NCBI GenBank assembly: GCA_966252305.1
Contig: CBINOO010000004.1
Location: 27,066-91,065 of the forward strand
DNA: 64,000 nt
Direction: 5' to 3'
Source of the DNA: an uncultured Acidimicrobiia bacterium
Lineage (GTDB): Bacteria; Acidobacteriota; Vicinamibacteria; Vicinamibacterales; SCN-69-37
Part shown: positions 57,118 through 64,000 of the stretch, piece after piece
Numbering within the stretch: position 1 is the stretch's first letter
Layout of the letters: every line of letters starts with the position of its first letter
Notes under the pieces: generated by a model
Seen by the model: only the letters and a program-made list of their open reading frames with translations
Told to the model about the DNA's origin: nothing
The model's database searches: none
Translations under genes and position numbers: made by a program

Positions 57118-57459
57118 TTAGCGGTCGACGGACAACCAGTCGGCGATTTGTTCGCGCGACCAGCGGTGATCGTCGTTCAGATGCACGAGCAGCGCGGCAA
57201 GGAACAACTTCTTCTTGCAACCCTCGTGCGGACACGGCTTCACGCGGTCGAGACAATCGAAGAACCAGTCGAGATCTCGCGTGGGATGTGCCTTGCCCAC
57301 CTCTCGCGGCAGGCGATACATCGCCTCATACGCCGCGCCCAGCGCGCACGACGCACTGTTGCCGGAGTAGTACTCGCCAAACGCCTGATCCGGACGACGT
57401 TCCGCGCCGTGCCGGATGTAGTCCGCCAGCTCCCGTTCACCCTGATGAGGCTCTACCAT
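57118..57459 (-). CDS. hypothetical 113-aa protein (CPHEGC motif)
   Basis: ORF with ordinary composition. No family recognised. Confidence 0.45.
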   Translation of the reverse strand: MVEPHQGERELADYIRHGAERRPDQAFGEYYSGNSASCALGAAYEAMYRLPREVGKAHPTRDLDWFFDCLDRVKPCPHEGCKKKLFLAALLVHLNDDHRWSREQIADWLSVDR

Positions 57460-57502
57460 GCGGGAAGCGTAGCACCGCTCGCTGGACGAAGGCGGACAGG
57501 AT

Positions 57503-57555
57503 CGAGGTGCCGAGGTGCCGAGGTGCCGAGGTGCCGAGGTGCCGAGGTGCCGAGG
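57503..57555. repeat. 8-bp tandem repeat array, 6 perfect units of CGAGGTGC plus a partial
   Basis: Read directly from the sequence. It lies in the divergent spacer, 44 nt from the minus-strand gene start and 33 nt from the argG ATG. Confidence 0.95.
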
Positions 57556-57584
57556 CAGGGAAATAGGGGAAAATATCCGACTGA

Positions 57585-58931
<1,347 letters not shown>

Positions 58932-58948
58932 CGGCACCGTCGACATCC

Positions 58949-60061
58949 ATGGCGGATGAACTTCGCGACTTCTTCAACGAGGCACTCGTGCGCGACATCG
59001 CGCGCGACCTCAAGCGTGCCCATTCGTCGCTGAAGGACAAGGCCTTCGTTGCCGAGTGCCTTGACGGCCTCGCGCCACTCTCGCTGACCGGGCGAGCAGC
59101 GCACATCGCGGCGGTGATGGTCCGGCATCTGCCCGCAGACTTCGCCACAGCGGCCGAGATCCTCGAACGGTCGCTGGGCTCGCCGCACGCGAGCACTGAG
59201 ACGTTCGGCATGTCACCGTTCAAATACATGCCGCACACGATGTTTGTGGCCACACACGGACTGCAGCACTTCGACGCATCGATGCGCCTGCAGTACGAGA
59301 TCACACAGCGCTTCACGGCGGAGTTCAGCATCAGGGCGTTCCTGAATGCCCATCCGGAGGCGACATACGCTCAGATGGTGGAGTGGACCGCCGACGACAA
59401 TCCGCACGTGCGCCGGCTCGCGTCGGAGGGCATCCGGCCCCGGCTGCCGTGGGCACCGCGCCTTCGGCACTTTCAGAAGGACCCCGCGCCAGTGCTCGCG
59501 TTACTCGAGCGGCTCAAGGACGATCCTGAGCTGTATGTCCGACGCTCCGTTGCGAACAACCTGAACGACATCGCCAAGGACCACCCCGACGTCGTCGTGG
59601 ATGTCTGCCGGCGTTGGCTCACCGGCGCGACGCCGGAGCGGCGATGGATTGTGAAGCACGCGCTCCGTTCGCTGGTGAAGTCCGGACATCAGGGCGCGCT
59701 CGACCTGCTGGGGGCTGGAGCTGCGCCAAAGATCCGGCTTGCCGACACCCGCATCACTCCGACACGCGTCAAGAAAGGTGGGCGCGTCGAGTGCTCGTTC
59801 ACGATCGTGAGCACCGGACGTACAACGCAGGATCTGCTCATCGACTACGTAGTGCACTACGTCAAGGCCGACGGACGCACATCGCCGAAGGTGTTCAAAC
59901 TGACGCGCACCGAACTCGCGCCGCGCCAGTCTCTGCCTCTGCGAATGGCGATCAAGCTGGGCGACCTCACTACCAGGAAGCACTATCCGGGCGTGCACGC
60001 CATCGAACTGAAGGTCAACGGCCGCCGCTTCGAACTGGGCACATTCACCCTGACCAGATAG
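58949..60061 (+). CDS. HEAT-like-repeat DNA alkylation repair protein with C-terminal beta-rich domain (AlkC/AlkD-family glycosylase-like)
   Basis: The N-terminal helical repeats include VRRLASEGIRPRLPWA and YVRRSVANNLNDIAKDHP, typical of the DNA_alkylation family. The last approximately 110 aa are beta-rich, as in AlkC Ig-like domains. Confidence 0.6.
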   Translation: MADELRDFFNEALVRDIARDLKRAHSSLKDKAFVAECLDGLAPLSLTGRAAHIAAVMVRHLPADFATAAEILERSLGSPHASTETFGMSPFKYMPHTMFVATHGLQHFDASMRLQYEITQRFTAEFSIRAFLNAHPEATYAQMVEWTADDNPHVRRLASEGIRPRLPWAPRLRHFQKDPAPVLALLERLKDDPELYVRRSVANNLNDIAKDHPDVVVDVCRRWLTGATPERRWIVKHALRSLVKSGHQGALDLLGAGAAPKIRLADTRITPTRVKKGGRVECSFTIVSTGRTTQDLLIDYVVHYVKADGRTSPKVFKLTRTELAPRQSLPLRMAIKLGDLTTRKHYPGVHAIELKVNGRRFELGTFTLTR

Positions 60062-60100
60062 CCCGCGATAACGGCCGGCGGTGTTAACATCCGGCACCCC

Positions 60101-61276
60101 ATGTCTCTTCGTCACGGTTTCACGCTGATTCTCGCGCTCGGCCTGGCTGTCGGAACGATGGCGCATGCTGCCGGGCAGGACGCCTGGCCCGCTTTCGAGT
60201 CGTACTACCGCGGCCGGATCACGCAGCACGCCATCGTCGGTTCGTCCGTTGCGTGGATCGACAACGGTCGCATCGTCCATCGGGCACATGCCGGGATGCG
60301 GAACGCGGCGACAAATGCGCCGGTGGACGAGAACACGATCTTCCACTGGGCGTCGATTACGAAGACGTTCGCCGGCATCGCGATCATGCGCCTGCGGGAC
60401 GCGGGCCGGCTATCGCTTGATGACCCCGCGGTGAAGTACGTGCCCGAACTGCGGAAGATCCACAACCCATTTGGACCGGTGGAACAGATCACGATCCGAC
60501 ACCTGCTCTCTCACTCAGCTGGATTCCGGAGCGGAACGTGGCCCTGGGGAGGGGCCGAGGACTGGCATCCGTTTGAGCCGCCTGGCTGGGAACAACTGGT
60601 CGGCATGATGCCGTACACCAGGGTGGAGTTCGCACCAGGGTCGAAGTATCAGTACTCCAACCCGGGCATCGTCTTTCTCGGCCGCATCATCGAAGACCTG
60701 GCCGGTGAGCCCTTCGAGACGTACATCGACAAGCAGATCTTCCGCCCGCTCGGCATGACACGCGCGTTCTTCGACAAGGCACCGGCGTTCCTGCTCGCGG
60801 ATCGTTCGCACAGCTACTTCGTCACCGATGCCGGCCGTAACGAGGCGCCGTTTGACTTCGACACCGGCATCACGTCCGCCAACGGGGGTCTGAACGCGCC
60901 AATTGACGACATGGTCAAGTACCTCGCGTTCCTGACGGGCTCCCGTGACGCCGCCGTACAAGCGCGCTTCGATCAGATCCTCACGCGCGCCTCACTCGAA
61001 GAAATGTGGAAGCCCGTGGTTCGCGTGGCCGAGAACTCCCAGATGGGCCTGACGTATTTCCTCGAGCGCCACGGCGGCCTCGACTTCGTCGCACACAGCG
61101 GCGGGCAAAACGGCTTCATCTCGCACTTCTACCTGCACCCGCCGTCAGGCAAGGCCTACATCGTCGCGTTCAACACGCAGACGACGTCGGTGAAGGAAGG
61201 CGATTCCCGCAACACCAGAGCTCTCGACGCGGAGGTCACGCAATGGCTCGTATCGCGTTGGTTTGGCGGGCGCTGA
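60101..61276 (+). CDS. serine hydrolase, beta-lactamase/PBP (class C-like) family, exported
   Basis: Signal peptide is present. S-x-x-K (ASITKTF) and Y-x-N (YSN) motifs are present. Confidence 0.8.
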   Translation: MSLRHGFTLILALGLAVGTMAHAAGQDAWPAFESYYRGRITQHAIVGSSVAWIDNGRIVHRAHAGMRNAATNAPVDENTIFHWASITKTFAGIAIMRLRDAGRLSLDDPAVKYVPELRKIHNPFGPVEQITIRHLLSHSAGFRSGTWPWGGAEDWHPFEPPGWEQLVGMMPYTRVEFAPGSKYQYSNPGIVFLGRIIEDLAGEPFETYIDKQIFRPLGMTRAFFDKAPAFLLADRSHSYFVTDAGRNEAPFDFDTGITSANGGLNAPIDDMVKYLAFLTGSRDAAVQARFDQILTRASLEEMWKPVVRVAENSQMGLTYFLERHGGLDFVAHSGGQNGFISHFYLHPPSGKAYIVAFNTQTTSVKEGDSRNTRALDAEVTQWLVSRWFGGR

Positions 61277-61285
61277 CGGCCAGCG

Positions 61286-62392
61286 TCAGGCAGGAATGAC
61301 CTGCACAGCGGCGTCTGGCACAGCCGAGAGGAACTTGTTCAGCGTCGATCCCTTCCAGAACAGCTCCCAGCGCGTGCGCGCGGTCTGACCGAATACCACG
61401 TGCGTCACCCCTTCGCGCTGGGCGAACGCGATGAGCCCGTCAGAGGGCGTATCTGCGGTGACGCGCACGACAGTCGCGCCAAGACTCTCAGCCAGTGCGA
61501 TGTTCTGCGCCAGCGTCTCCTTTTGCGCGGCCGGCTCCCCCCGCGGCGTCTCCACGTAGACGGCATACCACCGTGAGCCCAGCCGGCCCGCAATCCGCGC
61601 GCCGGCGCGTATGACTCTGGGTGCCGCAGTGCTCGAACTCATACACACCATCACACGTTCGGGAATGACCGCAGGCCCCAGCCCTTCCCGCGCGCGATAG
61701 GTGGCGGCCTTCTCACCGACCTCATCTGCGACCGCGCGGAGCGCCAGCTCGCGGAGCGTCGACAGGTTGCCCTTCCGGAAGAAGTTCGACAGCGCCTGCT
61801 CCACCTTTTCGGGCTTGTAGACCTTGCCCTCGCGCAACCGATTGCGCAGTTCATCGACGGTCACGTCCACGTTGATGACCTCATCGGCGCGGTCCACAAA
61901 CGTATCGGGCACCGTCTCACGCACTCGGACGCCGGTCACGCGGGCCACGGCGTCGTTGAGAGTCTCGATATGCTGGATGTTGACGGCGGTCAGCACGCTG
62001 ATGCCGGCGTCAAGAATCTCGAGCACGTCCTGATACCGCTTCTCGTTCCGGCTGCCTGGAATGTTCGAATGCGCGAGCTCGTCCACGATACACACGGCGG
62101 GCTTGCGGGCCAGAACCCCGTCGAGGTCCATTTCCTCCAGGCGCGCGCCCTTGTACTCGACGCGGCGTTTGGGCAACACCTCCAGGTCGCCCACCTGGGC
62201 CTCTGTCTCCGGGCGCCCGTACGTCTCGATGACGCCGACCACCACGTCTTCGCCCCTCGAACGCAGCAGGTGCGCCTCCCGCAACATCGCGTAGGTCTTG
62301 CCCACGCCCGGAGCAGCGCCGATGTAGATGCGCAGACGGGCCCGACGCTGCTCCTGCAGCTGTGCGAGCAACGCGTCCGCGCGGGTCATCAC
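61286..62392 (-). CDS. kdpD: KdpD N-terminal sensor module only (KdpD domain plus Usp domain, no transmembrane or histidine-kinase part)
   Basis: [18 protein letters not shown]...VDELAHSN...[10 protein letters not shown] is the KdpD N-domain, followed by a Usp-like part. 368 aa. Its ATG overlaps the kdpB stop (ATGA). Confidence 0.8.
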   Translation of the reverse strand: MMTRADALLAQLQEQRRARLRIYIGAAPGVGKTYAMLREAHLLRSRGEDVVVGVIETYGRPETEAQVGDLEVLPKRRVEYKGARLEEMDLDGVLARKPAVCIVDELAHSNIPGSRNEKRYQDVLEILDAGISVLTAVNIQHIETLNDAVARVTGVRVRETVPDTFVDRADEVINVDVTVDELRNRLREGKVYKPEKVEQALSNFFRKGNLSTLRELALRAVADEVGEKAATYRAREGLGPAVIPERVMVCMSSSTAAPRVIRAGARIAGRLGSRWYAVYVETPRGEPAAQKETLAQNIALAESLGATVVRVTADTPSDGLIAFAQREGVTHVVFGQTARTRWELFWKGSTLNKFLSAVPDAAVQVIPA

Positions 62393-64000
62393 GCCAGCCC
62401 CAATGCGACGATCACCACGTCGATGAGCTTGATGCCCACAAACGGCAACACCACGCCGCCCAGACCGTACACCAGCATGTTGCGACGCAGGATGGCTTCC
62501 GCGCCGATCGGCCGGAAGGACACGCCGCGCAGCGCGATGGGAATCAGGCCAATGATGATCACCGCGTTGAAGATCACCGCCGACAGGATGGCGGACTGCG
62601 GCGTGGCGAGTCCCATGACATTGAGCACGCCGAGCTGCGGAAACGCCAGGATGAACATCGCCGGGATGATGGCGAAATACTTCGCCACATCATTTGCGAT
62701 CGAAAACGTCGTCAGGGCACCTCGGGTCATCAGGAGCTGTTTGCCGATTTCCACGATCTCGATGAGCTTGGTCGGGTTGGAATCGAGATCAACCATGTTG
62801 CCGGCTTCCTTGGCTGCGGTCGTCCCGGTGTTCATCGCAACGCCGACATCCGCCTGTGCGAGCGCCGGCGCGTCGTTGGTGCCATCACCAGTCATGGCCA
62901 CGAGTTTGCCCGCTGCCTGCTCCTTCTTGATCAGCGCCATCTTGTCTTCCGGTGTGGCCTGCGCCAGAAAGTCGTCCACGCCGGCCTCGGCCGCGATGGC
63001 CGCTGCCGTCATGGGATTATCACCGGTGATCATCACCGTTCGGATGCCCATCGCCCTCAGGGCCGCGAAACGCTCGCGCATGCCGCCCTTGACGATGTCC
63101 TTGAGGTGGATCACACCGAGCACGCGGGAGCCCTCTGCGACCACCAGCGGCGTTCCACCCGCGCGCGCGACCTTCTCGACGATCGCGTCGAGTTCGGCCG
63201 GCGGCTCACCACCCAGTTGCCGCACATGTTTCACAACGGCGTCGGCCGCACCCTTCCGTATCTGACGGTCGCCAATGTTGACGCCCGACATGCGCGTCTG
63301 GGCCGTAAACGGGACGAACTCAGCGCCTGCCGCAGCGAGCTCGCGCCCGCGCAATCCATGGCGTTCTTTCGCCAGCACCACGATCGAGCGACCCTCAGGC
63401 GTTTCGTCCGCCAGCGACGCCAGCTGGGCGGCATCGGCCAGGTGGGCAATGGCGACGTCCTGCAGCGGCGTGAACTCGCTCGCCTGCCGATTGCCGAGCG
63501 TGATCGTTCCGGTCTTGTCCAGCAGCAACGTATCGACATCCCCTGCCGCCTCCACTGCCCGGCCCGACATCGCCAGCACGTTGTGCTGCACGAGGCGATC
63601 CATGCCCGCGATTCCGATCGCCGAGATCAGCGCGCCGATGGTCGTGGGAATCAGACAGACGAGCAGGGCCACCAGAATTGGCACGGGAATGCTGGTGCCC
63701 GCATACCGCGCGAACGGTTCAAGCGTGACCACGACCAGCAGGAAAATCAGGGTCAGCACCGACAGGAGAATGTTGAGCGCAATCTCGTTGGGCGTCTTCT
63801 GCCGCACCGCTCCCTCAACGAGGCCAATCATGCGGTCGAGGAAGGTGTGACCAGGATCAGACGTAATCCGCACCTTGATCCAGTCCGAGATCACCTTGGT
63901 GCCGCCCGTCACCGCGGAGCGGTCACCGCCGGACTCGCGGATGACGGGTGCTGACTCACCGGTGATCGCCGACTCGTCGACCGACGCGACACCCTCGATG
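62389..64000 (-). CDS. kdpB: potassium-transporting P-type ATPase subunit B (5' end off the right edge)
   Basis: Contains [12 protein letters not shown] (phosphorylation site), [14 protein letters not shown] and [18 protein letters not shown]. The reading frame stays open to 64000 (..[24 protein letters not shown]). Confidence 0.95.
   Translation of the reverse strand, partial: IEGVASVDESAITGESAPVIRESGGDRSAVTGGTKVISDWIKVRITSDPGHTFLDRMIGLVEGAVRQKTPNEIALNILLSVLTLIFLLVVVTLEPFARYAGTSIPVPILVALLVCLIPTTIGALISAIGIAGMDRLVQHNVLAMSGRAVEAAGDVDTLLLDKTGTITLGNRQASEFTPLQDVAIAHLADAAQLASLADETPEGRSIVVLAKERHGLRGRELAAAGAEFVPFTAQTRMSGVNIGDRQIRKGAADAVVKHVRQLGGEPPAELDAIVEKVARAGGTPLVVAEGSRVLGVIHLKDIVKGGMRERFAALRAMGIRTVMITGDNPMTAAAIAAEAGVDDFLAQATPEDKMALIKKEQAAGKLVAMTGDGTNDAPALAQADVGVAMNTGTTAAKEAGNMVDLDSNPTKLIEIVEIGKQLLMTRGALTTFSIANDVAKYFAIIPAMFILAFPQLGVLNVMGLATPQSAILSAVIFNAVIIIGLIPIALRGVSFRPIGAEAILRRNMLVYGLGGVVLPFVGIKLIDVVIVALGLA

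Noticed and set aside
62362-63954. 530-aa plus-strand ORF opposite kdpB
   Set aside because: The translation is Arg/His/Asp-rich junk. The minus strand carries all P-type ATPase signature motifs.

Overview
Densely coding, high-GC bacterial chromosomal segment. G+C is roughly two-thirds, judged from hand counts of a few 60-nt lines. I call about 56 protein genes, one riboswitch, several short repeat arrays and a few operator or terminator structures. I saw no rRNA, tRNA, CRISPR array, transposase or integrase. The gene content suggests an Acidobacteriota-like soil bacterium: many exported peptidases, a CarboxypepD_reg-type secreted protein, a BlaI/BlaR1-like pair and TAT-exported hydrolases. 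That taxonomic guess is inference only. Most of the window is housekeeping: lysA (fragment), lpxC, uvrA, mtgA, ispG, argG, hom, a metB-like gene, kdpB, ada, two nhaC paralogs and a peptide ABC importer. Many long ORFs in the six-frame track are antisense artefacts of the high GC, and several real genes start downstream of the listed ORF start. I re-derived those starts from the sequence. Items worth a second look, most interesting first. (1) A lower-GC block at about 18.2-24.8 kb encodes an S8 subtilase whose C-terminus is a (TLIWDN)n Trp hexapeptide array conserved through synonymous codon variation. It is followed by a polytopic HD-GYP/GAF protein and a sigma-54 activator with a roughly 540-aa helical-repeat N-terminus. 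(2) An 8-bp tandem repeat family (CGRRGTBC)n fills three separate intergenic spacers. (3) An ECF sigma, STAS protein and 92-aa unknown form a translationally coupled trio with no canonical anti-sigma. (4) A BlaI/BlaR1-like operon whose M56 sensor carries C-terminal SLBB-like domains. (5) A clear SAM-I riboswitch precedes hom, an ACT-less aspartokinase and a cystathionine gamma-synthase-like gene. (6) An HTH-fused HipA-family kinase has no hipB and sits behind an AT-rich nested-repeat region. (7) An exported single-chain triple-RidA protein. (8) A 20-bp perfect hairpin whose left arm is repeated twice more upstream. (9) kdpB is followed directly by a kinase-less KdpD N-terminal protein.
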